Assembly: GCA_964016885.1 (NCBI GenBank)
Contig: OZ024754.1
Location: forward strand, 6,324,001-6,388,000
Direction: 5' to 3'
DNA: 64,000 bases
Source: Eledone cirrhosa
Taxonomy: Eukaryota
Shown here: positions 14,431 through 27,302 of the stretch, one piece after another
Layout: every line of letters begins with the position of its first letter
How positions within the stretch are numbered: position 1 is the first letter of the stretch
The notes under the pieces: model-generated
What the model was told of the DNA's origin: nothing
The model's database searches: none
Seen by the model: the letters and a program-made list of their open reading frames with translations, nothing else
Translations under genes and position numbers: made by a program

Positions 14431-14784
14431 GTTTCTTTCATCTCAGTCCATAAGCCGCAGCAGAGCTCTTCTGCTCTGTCTTTTAATATCGATTGATCGA
14501 TCACGAAGACCAGCCTAGGCTAGGCTAGGCTAGGCCAGCCCAGCCAAAAGAAGCTTGTGACGATGACGATGATGACGATGATGATGACGTGTTGGGGGGT
14601 GGGGGTCTAACTGGGGTTGTTCAGTTGTAAGGATAGGGAGGGAAGGGGTATTTACCAGGAAGCCGGATTCAGAACGAAGTGCGGCGGGGTGGAATAATTT
14701 TGTTGTGGGTGGGATGTGATGTCTGTTGTTGGGATACAACCGTACTGAGGAAGTAATACATACACACATACATATTTGTATCTA

Positions 14785-14820
<36 letters not shown>

Positions 14821-15300
14821 TGTATGTATATATATATATTTGTTTGTATATATATATTTGTATGTAAATATATATATATATATACATATTTGTTTGTATG
14901 TATATATATATATTTGTTTGTATATATATATTTGTATGTAAATATATATATATATATATATATACATATTTGTATGTATATACATATATATATATATCTG
15001 TATTTGTATGTATGTATATACATATACATGTATATTCATATATATATATTTGTATGTATGTATATATATATATTTGTATATATATACATATATATTTGTA
15101 TATATGTATATATATATATTTGTATATATATACATATATATTTGTATATATGTATATACATATATATATATTTATGTATATACACATATATTTGTATATA
15201 TGTATATACATATATATATATATTTATGTATATACATATATATATTTGTATATACATATATATATATATATTTATTTATGTATATACATATATATATTTG

Positions 15301-15331
<31 letters not shown>

Positions 15332-15338
15332 GCATATA

Positions 15339-15415
15339 TAGGGTGTCCTAAAAAATGTATACACACTTCAACAGTATTCTAAATAAAAGTGTGTATACAT
15401 TTTTGGGACACCCTG
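15339..15415. mobile_element. Tc1/mariner-type MITE
   Basis: TIR (C)AGGGTGTCCCAAAAATGTATACACACTT, TA flanks. Confidence 0.8.
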
Positions 15416-15472
15416 TATTTATATATATATATATGCATATATACATGTATACACATATATACACATGCACAC

Positions 15473-15528
<56 letters not shown>

Positions 15529-16554
15529 CGAAGGAAATGTGGTAAGGAACCAGATGGACCATAACGCACCAAAGTACTCAATACTTAGAGTAGTAGAGTG
15601 GGTAATAGGAACATGTATGACCCCGACGGCAGAGCTCAAGCCGTTTCGACGGCTAATTCTGGACGATATATATATATATAGCCGTTGTTGAAGACATGGC
15701 TACTTTCCAGTTTCAATTTCTTTATTAGTTTCGTATCATATCTTCTAAATAAGGCCTCCACAGTTCATTTAGGAACCTAGGTACTTTGTCAGTCTGAATC
15801 AAGTGTAGTGGTTTTACTAAAAGACAGGAGGAGGTTTTAATAACGAAATTGAAACTGGAATGTCTTCAACAATGCCTATAAATATATATATTTGTGTATA
15901 TCATCATCATCATCGTTTAACGTCCACCTTCCACGCTTGCACGGGTTTAGACGGGAATTTTCCCATTTGAAGCAAAATTGGTTGTCTCGCTCGTGTAGGA
16001 CTGTCTGGCGGGTTTTCTACGGCTGGATGCCCTTCCTAACACCAACCACGTTTACAGTGTGGACTGGGAGGTTGTTACCATGTTACCTACACAGCCGCAT
16101 TACAGTGTGGACTGTGTCTTTTTTGGGGCGTGACACACCTACACGACCTCATTTATTTTGGACTGGATGTTGTGGTACCAACATAACTTTACATCGAAAG
16201 GGGTGGTGTGATGGGGTGGGGGTAGTGGGACGGGGGTGTATTTTTGTTAAGAGGTGCCTACTGACTGTAGGTTTCGCTTTGTATATAATATTATATATAT
16301 ATATATATTATAATCTATGGGAACAAAGAATCAGCGTTGCATCATATACATATTTAATTACATATTTCATATGTTTCACTGTCGATCAGCTCGAGGAACG
16401 ATTGATTAATGATCGATCCTGACTCTGCAATCGGAATGTAGGCTTGCGTCTAATACATACATATACCTATATATATAGGAAACGAGTCAGGACCCCGACG
16501 GCTGAGTTCCGGCCGTTTCGACAGCTAGATCTGAATGCATACATATATATATAT

Positions 16555-16902
16555 ATATCTAAGGTGGGTAAAATTCCCGAGATCCATGGACGTGTTCTCT
16601 CCAGCGGTCTCTGTCCCTCATTATCGCTGCCATGTCCTGCGTCTCCAATGGTGGATGGGTGCTACACGAGAATGCTGAGGATGGCTCTGAACATTAATCA
16701 GTATACACTGAGGATGAAAAACTCAGAGCTGTATGGGAGCATCCCAAAAGTCAGCTCAAAAGTGACACAGAGGAGACTGAGGTTAGCTGGACATGCTCAC
16801 CGACATCCAGAGTTGACATTGCACTCAGTGCTCCTTTGGGAGCCCCTACATGGACACACTGGAAGAGGAAGACCAAGGTTAACGTATGTTGATGCCCTAA
16901 GG
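16555..16902. mobile_element. Same RTE family with a 5' inversion
   Basis: 16559-16648 is the reverse complement of 1134-1222; 16649-16902 matches ~876-1118 in forward sense. Confidence 0.85.
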
Positions 16903-17179
16903 ATATATATATATATATATAGCAGCTCACATATCATCATCATCATCAACGTTTAACGTCCGTGTTCCACGCTTGCATGGGTTTACCACAACAAAAATAT
17001 ATCTTTTGTCACTCACCAATCTGATGAGCAGATCGATACAGGAGCCGAGTCCATAACTCCTATGGGTCACCTTGAGCCAATCCTCTGTGAAACATGCATA
17101 ACAGGTCGATACACAATAAATATTTCTTATATGTAAATGAAACTTTCTTGTTTTTTTCTTTTATATATTACACCTCTCA

Positions 17180-18492
17180 AAGGCGATGATACAGGACCGA
17201 GACCTCTGGTACACAGTAATACAGAAGACCATGGGTTCAAGCCGAAGCTAAAGCATATAGACAGTATGCTTCCACTGTAAAGTGGCTGTGTAGGCACCAC
17301 GGTAAAAAAATCACCCAGTACTCACTGTAAAGTGGCTGTGTAGGCGCCACAGTAAAAAAATCACCCAGTACTCACTGTAAAGTGGCTGTGTAGGCGCCAC
17401 GGTAAAAAAATCACCCAGTACTCACTGTAAAGTGGTCATGTAGGCGCCACGGTAAAAAAATCACCCAGTACTCACTGTAAAGTGGCTGTGTAGGCGCCAC
17501 GGTAAAAAAATCACCCAGTCCACACTGTAAAGTGGTCATGTAGGCGCCACAGTAAAAAAATCACCCAGTCCACACTGTAAAGTGGTCATGTAGGCGCCAC
17601 GATAAAAAAATCACCCAGTACTCACTGTAAAGTGGCTGTGTAGGCGCCACGGTAAAAAAAATCACCCAGTCCACACTGTAAAGTGGTCATGTAGGCGCCA
17701 CGGAAAAAAAATCACCCAGTCCACACTGTAAAGTGTTCATGTAGGCACCATGGTAAAAAAAGATCACCCAGTCCACATGTAGGCGCCATGGTAAAAAAAG
17801 ATCACCCAGTCCACATGTAGGCACCATGGTAAAAAATCACCCAGTCCACACTGTAAAGTGGTCATGTAGACACCATGGTAAAAAATCACCCATTACTTAC
17901 TGTAAAGTGGTCATGTAGGCACCACGGTAAAAAAAATCACCCAGTACTCACTGTAAAGTGGTCATGTAGGCGCCACGGTAAAAAAATCACCCATTACTCA
18001 CTGTAAAAAATCACCCATTACTTACTGTAAAGTGGTCATGTAGGCACCACGGTAAAAAAAATCACCCAGTACTCACTGTAAAGTGGTCATGTAGGCGCCA
18101 CGGTAAAAAAAATCACCCAGTACTCACTATAAAGTGGTCATGTAGACACCACGGTAAAAAATCACCCATTACTTACTGTAAAGTGGTCATGTAGGCACCA
18201 CGGTAAAAAAAATCACCCAGTACTCACTGTAAAGTGGTCATGTAGGCGCCACGGTAAAAAAAATCACCCAGTACTCACTATAAAGTGGGTCATGTAGACA
18301 CCACGGTAAAAAATCACCCAGTACTCACTGTAAATGAAGTTGGTCTTAGGAAGGGCATCCAACTGGAGAAATCAAGCCAGAATCAGTTCTGTATGAGCAA
18401 GACATGGTCACCTGACCTGGCATTGCCCACAACAGGATAACCCGTCTAACCCATGCTAGTGTGGAAGAGTGGACGTAAAACGGTGATGATGA
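17180..18492 (+). mobile_element. SINE family C (GTTGGTGTTAGGAAGGGCATCCAGC body, (GAT)n tail) with an internal 50-bp tandem expansion
   Basis: Unexpanded copies at 2150-2480(-), 22600-22915, 25725-26025(-), 28280-28550(-), 29075-29380(-), 36320-36575. Confidence 0.8.
17274..18335. repeat. 50-bp minisatellite (~21 copies) inside SINE family C
   Basis: Unit CACTGTAAAGTGGTCATGTAGGCGCCACGGTAAAAAAATCACCCAGTACT. Confidence 0.95.
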
Positions 18493-19729
18493 TATATCTA
18501 GATATATTAGTGTGTGTGCGTGATTCCCACTCCCATTTCACCCCAATCGACACACCAATGAACTAATATATTGACTTTAGTTATATAATGGAGGGATTCT
18601 TTTTGGTGGATATTATAGTGAGCTGGTCGGTCAGTTGGTCTGTTGCTCTGTTGGTTGGTTGGTTGGACGGAGTACTGTAATGTAATTGTGTGACTTGTCT
18701 AGTGTCTAATGCTTCAAATGATGTGTTTATATAGATTTGGGAGATAGCTACTGAAAATGTGATTGAGAGTGTGTGTGTGTGTGTGTGTGTGTAAATGATA
18801 TAGAAAGTGAATGTGTGTGTGTGTGTGTGTGTGTGTAAACGAGATAGAAAGTGAATATGTGTGTGTGTGTGTAAATGATATAGAAAGTGAATATGTGTGT
18901 GTGTGTGTAAACGAGATAGAAAGTGAATATGTGTGTGTGTGTGTGTGTGTAAACGAGATAGAAAGTGAATATGTGTGTGTGTGTGTGTGTAAACGAGATA
19001 GAAAGTGAATATGTGTGTGTGTGTGTGTGTAAACGAGATAGAAAGTGAATATGTGTGTGTGTGTGTCAGTGGGGAAAAAAGAGAGAGTGAGGTGTGGAAG
19101 GAGAAAAAGAAAGAAAGTATGTGAGATAGCTAGAGTGAGAGAGAGTTTGTGTGAGTGTGAGAGATAGCTAGATAGAGAGAGTGCTTGTGTGAGAGAGAGA
19201 GTTTGTGTTTGTGTGAGTCTGTTAGAGAGAGAGCTTGTGTGAGAGACAGTTAGAGAGTGCTTGTGAGAGAGAGAAAGTGTTTGTGTGAGTCTGTTAGAGA
19301 GAGAATGAGAGGAGAGAGTGCTTGTGTGAGAGACAGTTAGAGAGTGCTTGAGAGAAAGTGTTTGTGTGAGTCTGTGAGAGAGAGAGAGAGAGTGTGTGTG
19401 TTTATGTGAGTGTGTGAGAGATAGCTAGAGAGATAGAGAAAGTGTTTATGAGAGAGTGAGAGAGAGAGAAAGTGTTTGTGTGAGTCTGGAGAGAGAGAGA
19501 GTGTGTGTTTTTGTGAGTGTGTGAGAGAGAGAGAGTATATGTGTTTGTGTGAGTGTGTGAGAGAGAGCTAGAGTGATAGAGAGAGAGAGAAAGTGTTTGT
19601 GTGAGTCTGTGAGAGAGTGAGAGAGAGAGAGTTTCTGTAGTCATCGATTAATAAGTTTGGATGATTTGGCACACAATCATTCTGACTCATTCACAATTGC
19701 ATTTACTTACGTCGTCTGTCTATCTCTCT

Positions 19730-19773
<44 letters not shown>

Positions 19774-19779
19774 GTATGT

Positions 19780-20170
19780 ATAAGCAGAAGGGATATTCAA
19801 TTTGTTGGTAATTCAACAAATATAAGTGTTTATAACTGATTCAGAGCACTCAACAGATTTTCTGGAGTATAATATACAATGATATTAAATAAATGGAAAC
19901 TATATTTATAAAGCCATATTTATTCTATTATATATATTTCAAGGGTACCAACATTTTGGTACGCTATCATCAGATAAAATATGAAGTGTGTTTTATAAAT
20001 TTTGACATAACCAAGGAGAATATACCTTAACGGTTCAAGTTTTCCTTGGATAGTCACTATTCCTTGGATAACTTTACATTGGAAGGGGTGGTGTGGATGG
20101 AGTGGGGGTAGTGGGGCCTGGGTGTATTTTTGTTAGAGGTGCCTACTGACTGTAGGTATATCTGCCCTAG
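19780..20170 (-). mobile_element. Family Z (TA)n-targeted PLE-like element; 5'-inverted copy at 6738-7010, relative at 32250-32755
   Basis: Shared terminal ...CTCCAGAAATCTGTTGAGTGCTCTGAATCAG... plus HHR. Its GT-rich 5' part recurs at 16185-16285. Confidence 0.75.
19921..19981 (-). ncRNA. Hammerhead motif (family Z)
   Basis: UAUUUUAU CUGAUGA UAGC GUACCAA-AAUG-UUGGUAC CCUU GAAA UAUAUA UA^ AUAGAAUA. Confidence 0.75.
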
Positions 20171-20184
20171 ATATATATATATAT

Positions 20185-21003
20185 ATGCATGTAAAAGGTA
20201 AAAAGAAATAACAACACAATCGGAACAGTATATGGAAGGAATATATTAGGTTAACGCTTGAAATAGCAGGAAGAGGGTCTTAACATTTCGGACGATAGTC
20301 CTTCATCAGAAGAAAGAATAAGAAATTAGAAAGATTGAAGAGACGGGTGGATTGGAATTGGAAAATATGTTTTTAGAGAAAAATAACAGGTCCATTGATG
20401 TTGACATCTCTTGGAAAACTGTTAATGCTGGCGTTTTGTGTATGATATACTGTTTTTAGAAAAGTGGATGATGGAGCGCGTCTACCTGAAATGGAAAAAA
20501 AAAAACGTTTTGTATAAAGATCTATACATGTGCGCGCGCGTTATTATATGTTTATACAAAGCTAAGAAGATATGTGTGTGCGTATATGTAAAAGACTGTG
20601 TGTGTGTGTGCTTGAAAGTACGAAGCTGTGAGCAAAAGTATGTTAATATAAGGGTGTGTGTGTGTATACAGAGCTGTGAAGGGAAAAGTGGAGTGTGCGT
20701 ATTTTGTTGGTCTGTATCAGATGTAAAAGTATATGTTTCTGACCAGACGAGAGCCATAGGAATCTAGGGGTGAATGTACAAGTGTGTGTGTGATAATGGA
20801 GAGGGTAAACGTGATGGGGCAAAGGGTAGAAAAGTAAGCACGAACGTATATGTGTGATATTAAAGAAATAGGGGAGTGGAGTTGAGTCCATGACGGAAAC
20901 AGGACCCAAGGTGGTAAATCAGACTCTGTTCAGTCCTGGTGCGCAAGGCCTGTGATCCGTGATGTAAAAGGACACCCAGGACTGAGACATGTAGGGAAGA
21001 GTG
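20185..21003 (-). mobile_element. 5'-truncated Penelope-like retroelement (GIY-YIG C-terminus, 3' pLTR with HHR) in (TA)n
   Basis: 21003-20860 (-) reads HSSLHVSVLGVLLHHGSQALRTRTEQSLIYHLGSCFRHGLNSTPLFL*, matching the PLE GIY-YIG end (R..E..LI..LG....GLN). HHR at 20278-20313. TA tracts on both sides. 3' copies at ~37580-37645 and ~38160-38330. Confidence 0.8.
20278..20313 (-). ncRNA. Minimal type-I hammerhead ribozyme
   Basis: UCUU CUGAUGA A GGAC-UAUC-GUCC GAAA UG UU^ AAGA. Confidence 0.75.
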
Positions 21004-21701
21004 ATATATATATATATGAAAAGATTCAGGACCCCGACGGCTGAGCTCCAGCCGTTTCGACAGCTAGATCTGAATGCGCTCGGACCTAGCTGTCGAAACT
21101 CTTGGTGCTCAGCCGTGAGGGTCCTTAATCTTTTCATATTCCCATTTTACTACCCCAAGTATCGAGTACTCTGGAGGGTTATGGTCCACCTGGTATTTTA
21201 CCACACCCTATCTGATATATATATATATATAAGCTCAGAGAGATGGGCTTGGTTGTGCTGTTTACCCAAGATGCACTGTATCTTGCTGATCAAAGGAAAA
21301 GTGAATATATATGTATATGTATGGCTTAGTGGTTAGAGCATTGGCCTTGCAATCGAAAGGTTGTGAGTTCAATTCTCAGACCGGGTGATGTGTTGTTTCC
21401 TTGAGCAAGACACTTTATTTCACATTGCTCCAGTTTACTCAGCTGTAGAAATGAGATGATAGGGACTGGGGTCCCTATCATTCTACTGTAAAGTGGACGT
21501 GTAGGCGCCACGGGGGAAAAAAGCACCCAGCACTCACTATAAATGAGGTTGGTGTTAGGAAGGGCATCCAACTGTAGAAATCAAGCCAGAATCAGTTTCC
21601 GTCCCACCCTTGTAAGCAGGGAAAAACGGACGTAAAATGATGATGATGATGTATGTGTGTGTTGTGTCAATATGACCATCTGTCTTTCTCTTACAAACAT
21701 G

Positions 21702-21733
<32 letters not shown>

Positions 21734-22234
21734 TCCAGCTAGCTTTCCTGGCTATCTCTGGTTCTCTGCCCATGTATCAGTCTCAAGGTACCAATCCCAA
21801 GATACCAGCCCTTATCTCTAATTTCATGGAGTTAAGTGATGCCAGTCTACTGTAAATCCTGCTCTCCGAGAATCTGATATACCTAGGTGACCTTGTACAT
21901 ATAACAGTATTAAATATTTTGACCGTTTCTAAAGCCAAATACACAATAGAACAATTCCAGTGAGTTTGAACTGAAAACCTAAGTCGATCATGGTAAACTG
22001 CAGCTTGTGGGACCATCTCAGGCTTGTTTGTCTTTCTGAATTGCATGCCTCAGAGAATGCGATGTCTTTCATTTGAAATATGGTAATGAAAGAATTAAAA
22101 CCAGTTTCTGTTTCATTTCAGGAAATGTCATCATCATCATCATCATCATCATTTATGGTCCACTTCCCTTGCTAACCAAGGTTGGAGAGTTATTTCTGAA
22201 TGTAGCAACAACTCGGAATTACTGATCTTTCAGG

Positions 22235-22285
22235 ATGTCATTTAAACGTGATGGAGATGATTACAATTTGCTGAAATCTCAAAGG
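22235..22285 (+). CDS. SCNM1: SCNM1 coding exon 1 (MSFKRDGDDYNLLKSQR)
   Basis: ATG at 22235 follows the acceptor tctttcag|G; donor gtaggt at 22286, phase 0. Peptide matches the SCNM1 N-terminus MSFKREGDD... Confidence 0.93.
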
Positions 22286-22301
22286 GTAGGTGTGAAAGCT
22301 T

Positions 22302-22527
22302 GTAAACTTTAGCTTTTTAACCGGCCACATCCGGCCAGAATTCTCTCGCCTCTTCCTGTTCAAACTGGCTGTAACCGGCCACTCAATCTGATGTTAAAAC
22401 ATTGTTCTTAAAATAAATAACATCGAAATCTCATAGATTCGATATTATGTGAGATAATTCTGTAAGGTAAAGGCCTTTACTGTGAAAATATAGTATATAT
22501 AGAGTAATGTAAATGCTAAAGGGTTAA
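22302..22527. mobile_element. piggyBac-like MITE (TTAACCCTTTAGCATTTA termini)
   Basis: Ends ...TAAATGCTAAAGGGTTAA. Copies at 1735-1936, 7631-8048, 22917-23097. Confidence 0.7.
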
Positions 22528-23257
22528 TCCTTTAACCCTTTAGCATTGGGATGAGGTGAGAAAAGCCGACCTTGCCTAATTGCACCCCTCAAAGACGATG
22601 ACACATGACCGGGATCTATGGTGATACACAGTAATACAGAAGACCCGACTCCCCACGAGCACAAGCTGAAGCATATATACATTATGCCCCACCCCGCCAG
22701 CCCACACTGTAAAGTGCATGTGTAAAAGACACGGCAAAAAGCACCTAGCCCACACTGTCAATGTGGTTGGCATTAAGGAAGGGCATCCAGCCGTAAAAAA
22801 TCAGCCACAAACACCCCTATATGAGCAAGTCATGGTCACTCGACCCAACTTGCCTCTAAATGGAACCGGTCTAACCCATGCTAGCATGAAAGATAGACAT
22901 TAATCAATGATGATAAATTCTCTCACCTCTTTCTGTTTCAACTAGCCATAACTGGCCACTCATACTGACGTTAAGGTATTGTTCTCAAAATAAATAATAT
23001 CAAAATCTCATAGATTTGATATTATGTGAGATAAAGCCTTTGTCACAAAAATACAATAGTATATATATATAGAGTAATGTAAATGCTAAAGGGTTAAATC
23101 TTAAAGTCCTGTACCACATCAAACCTCATCTATATACTATATATATATAACTTTTCAACACTTCTGGGTTGATAAAATAAAATGTATAGCTGTAATATAT
23201 TTGGGGTTGTATCACATCAAACCACATCATGCTAAATATGACTTTTCAACACTTCAG

Positions 23258-23890
23258 GATCATCATCATCATCATCATTTTACGTCCACTTTTCCCTGGT
23301 TGCAAGGGTGGAACGTGTCCTTTTCAGCACAGCATCTCTCCACTTGTCATGGTCCTTTGTCATCTCCTCTGTGAGCTTCAGCGATCTGAGGTCTGCTCTC
23401 ACCACTTCCACCCATGTTTTTCGTGGTCTTCCTCTACTGGCATTTCTTGGCACTTCTTTACCCAGCAGTCATCCTCCATGCGCATCACATGTCCATACCA
23501 TCGCAGTCTTCTCTCCTGCACACTACAACTTATCCCTCTTAAACAGTTTCTCTCTCAACACATCCATGCTCGGTTGTTCACGCACATTGACATTGCACAT
23601 CCAATGGAACATGCTTGCTTCATTTCTCTTCAGCCGTCGCAAATCCTCTGCAGTTGCTGCCCATGTCTCACTACAATGCAGCATCGCGCATCTCACACGG
23701 GCATCATATAACCAGCCTTTCGTATGCAGGGAGAAACCCTTCTTTGTCATCAGAGGAAGCAGCTCCCTAAACTTCTTCCAACCAGTCCTTATTCTAGATA
23801 CTATGGCCTTGGAACACCCCCCTCCCATGCTAATCTGATCACCTAGGTTCCGGAAGCTATCAACTACTTCTATAGAACCTACCTGCATTT
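23258..23890 (-). mobile_element. RTE (BovB-like) LINE 3' fragment in SCNM1 intron 1
   Basis: IEVVDSFRNLGDQIS..GGC...SRIRTGWKKFRELLPL...LHCSETW; (GAT)n tail. Confidence 0.85.
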
Positions 23891-24031
23891 GAAAAATGCA
23901 GGTAGGTTCTATAAAATAAAACATGTAGCTGTAATATATTTGGGCTTGAATGCAATCAACTGTACCCTTCCTCTTGAACTATTAACCCTGTGCCTTAATA
24001 CTAGTGTTCTGTATTTTATTTATATTTACAG

Positions 24032-24102
24032 CAAAGCAGAGTTAATGAGTTATTTGCTGAGAATATACCTGATGAAGAAGCTCAAATACTTTCTAATGGC
24101 AA
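24032..24102 (+). CDS. SCNM1: SCNM1 coding exon 2 (QSRVNELFAENIPDEEAQILSNG-K)
   Basis: tttacag acceptor, gtgagt donor, 71 nt (phase 0 to 2). Resembles the KRRVxDLLAxxIPEDEA motif. Confidence 0.92.
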
Positions 24103-24216
24103 GTGAGTATGTATATATGTTTGTGTGTATATGTATGTATGTGTGCAGTGCTGGTGCCACCACAGAATGCTCCCAGTATATGCTGTAATTTATACTCCCT
24201 ATTGTTTCCATTTCAG

Positions 24217-24305
24217 GTTGACATGTACTGTGTGTCATTACAGACCTGTCTTTGACACTCTCTATATTATGTTGTGTCATCGACAAGGGAGAAAACATCT
24301 TGAAA
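24217..24305 (+). CDS. SCNM1: SCNM1 coding exon 3, matrin/U1-type C2H2 zinc finger (LTCTVCHYRPVFDTLYIMLCHRQGRKHLE)
   Basis: tttcag acceptor, gtaaga donor, 89 nt (phase 2 to 1). CxxC...H...GxKH zinc finger. Confidence 0.95.
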
Positions 24306-24869
24306 GTAAGAACCCATTTTTTTTCATTTACCTGTATGCCCCCTAAAATATTCAGATGGCTCTCGGAAATATTCAAATTGTTCCTTAAAATATTTAGATG
24401 GATCCTGTCAAATTGTTCCCCAAATATTCAAATTTGACCATAAAATATTCAGATTGCTCCCCGAAAATATTCAAATTCTCCTCTAAAATATTCAAATTGT
24501 TCCTCAAAATATTCAAATTTCCCCCCTTAAATATTCAAATTGCTCCCCTGTAGGTCATGTTCCGCACATTTAGTATCTGTGTCATAAACAATCTCTTCCC
24601 TTCTCTCTACTCTACAGTTTGAAGTTATACTGTATATACTTGAAGTTGAGGGATATGTGACCAAAGAAATCTATAGTAAAATGGTGGGAGGTTGGCTTAT
24701 ACACGCCATCTAAACAATGTATTGTTTAGCTGCTTCAGTTTATAAATGGAGTTTGTATTTTCTCCCATTTCTCAGACATAAAATAGAAGTGTGTGGGGGT
24801 GTGGCTTATATTTGAGTATATATGGTACGTTTTCAAAGTGTTTATTACATTTTTCGGTTTCCCTAACAG

Positions 24870-24970
24870 ATGTAGAACGGAATAGAATCAAAGAGAAAGA
24901 ACTGAAAGAATTAGTTTTGAAACGTCACCAAAAGCAATATCTTGGAGCAGGTACCACGGGTAGAAGTGTG
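24870..24970 (+). CDS. SCNM1: SCNM1 coding exon 4 (N-VERNRIKEKELKELVLKRHQKQYLGAGTTGRSV)
   Basis: ccctaacag acceptor, gtaagt donor, 101 nt (phase 1 to 0). Keeps frame between exons 3 and 5. Confidence 0.85.
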
Positions 24971-26766
24971 GTAAGTAAAATGGTTTATCTGTTTCTTTGC
25001 AATGCTGTAGTGTTGAAGTTATATATATTTTGTATTCCAGCTGGTTGTGGTGAGACTGATAACGTTGTTTAGAACTAAATGTCTCCTTTGGAAAGCAGAA
25101 ACAGGTAGTAACCTAACCACTACCATGCTAGCCAATACATTGATCTCCCATGATCAATTGACTCTCTGAAACGATCGTAAAACAATGAACTAATTAACTA
25201 TCTACCCCTGACTTCTGTCTTGTTTTTATTGTTCTACTAGACCACCTGTAACCCATTGGGGCACGGGTGGTCTAGTAGTATATATATATATATATATATA
25301 TATTGAGAGAGAGAGGGCTATAATATATTTAGAGAGAGGGCTATAATATATTTAGAGAGAGGGTTATAATATATATAGAGAGAAGGTTTATAATATATAT
25401 AGAGAGAGGGTTATATATATAGAAAGAAGGTTTATAATATATATAGAGAGAAGGTTTATAGTATATATAGAGAGAAGGTTTATAGTATATATATAGAGAA
25501 GGTTTTAATATATAGAAAGAGGATTATTGGTTATCACGGAGCTGTTGGCTATTTATGAAGGTACCCGAAAAACCCCGTATCTCGGGAACTCGTGCTCCGG
25601 TTTATGTGAAATTTGTTTTATTCCATTTGTATTCCCATTTCAGAAGCAACTTCCTTTCAAAGTATTTTCCCATTATGCGCTGTTTTGGTTGTATTACATT
25701 ACAGACAAGCACACATATATATATCATCATCATCACCGTTTTACGTCCGGTCTTCCACGCTAGCATGGGTTAGACGGGTTGCCCTGTTGTGGGTAGACCT
25801 TGTCTTGCTCATACGGGAACTGATTCTGGCTTGATTTCTACAGCTGGATGCCCTTCCTAACACCAACCTCATTTACAGTGAGTGCTGAGTGCCTTTTTTG
25901 CCGTGGCACCTCCACGACCATTTTGCAGTGAGAGGGTGTGGCGGCATATTGTCTATATGCTTCAGCTTCGGCTTGTACCCATGGGGGGGTCAGGTCTTCT
26001 GTATTACTGCACGACGCCAGAGGTCGTATATATATATATATATATATAGTTGCAGAAGAATGTTGTTTATCTTAGTTGTTGCATTGTAACTTCTTGAGGA
26101 TAAGCAGGTCCTAGCGATCCAAAGCACTCGTCAGTAGTTTATCCCAGGTAGGTGATTATGAGTGACAGAGTATTCATTTATCAAATAATTGTTTCTACTT
26201 TTTGGCACCCAGTGCATTACTGGTACTTTATTTTATCGACCCCGTAAGGATGAAAGGCAAAGTTAACCTCGGCGGGATTCAAACTCAGAATGGCAAGGGC
26301 CGTAATTATATGCGTCAAAGCATAGTGTCCGACCCTCTACCGGTACTGCCATTCCAATGTAATGGTAGTTAAGACAGGATTAATTCACCATAATTATGAT
26401 TAATTAATTCCATCCTAACTACCATTATTTGATAGACGGTCGTATGCCATGCTTTGACGCACAGAGTTACGGCCCTTGCCATTCTGAGTACGAATCCCGC
26501 CGAGGTTAACTTTGCCTTTCATCCTTACGGGGTTGATAAAATAAAGTACCAGTAATGCACTGGAGTAATTGCTGGCCTTGTGCCAAAAAGTAGAAACAAT
26601 TATTTGATATATATATATGAATGGTTTGAGAGGTGACTAGCTCTGATAGCGTTTGTGATGACCTGTCACACCAGGGAAGTGGACATAGAGTGATGATGAT
26701 GATGATAGAATGGTTGCTATACTTTTTATTGACATTAATATAGTACCATGTTGTTGTTTGTTGCAG

Positions 26767-27302
26767 GACCCTGATAAATGTGTTTTGAAGTCTAAACTGA
26801 AACCTTATGACCGAAAACCCACTATTGATCTTTCCATTAAACTGACTGATAATATTGATTTGTCATCCATCAACACCACACATACTTCCAAACATACATC
26901 TTCATATTCACATTTAGCTGAACAAAATATAGGAACAAGTTCTGTAAAGCCATATGTGAAGAAAAAGCGAGGTCTTTCTCTTGAGAAAACTGGAAAAAAC
27001 TCTACCCCAAAGCTTAGTAAGGTATATGGCCCTGTTCAGACAAAAACTGTGGATCGAAAAGTAGGTGATCGTATTGAAACAAAGGTTTTGGAAGATAGAA
27101 AGGTAGAATGGGACAAATTTAGTTGTCAGACTCAAAGAAAGAGAAAACTATTGCCTGACTCTACAGAAAGAACAGATCCTCAATCATTGTCAAAGATTTC
27201 TGAATCTATTCCATCTGCTGTACAGACTGTTCCCTGTTCTCAAGATATTTCTAAAGTTGCTGAAAAGAAAGAACTAGCTGAAAAATATTGGCAACTTTCT
27301 GG
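26767..27302 (+). CDS. SCNM1: SCNM1 coding exon 5 (DPDKC...KELAEKYWQLS-G)
   Basis: ttgcag acceptor, gtaaat donor, 536 nt open frame inside ORF 26710..27306. Confidence 0.9.

Noticed and set aside
12903-14518. 516-aa and overlapping Pro/Cys/Leu/Thr-rich ORFs
   Set aside because: Products of trinucleotide repeats open in several frames; no domain or splice support.
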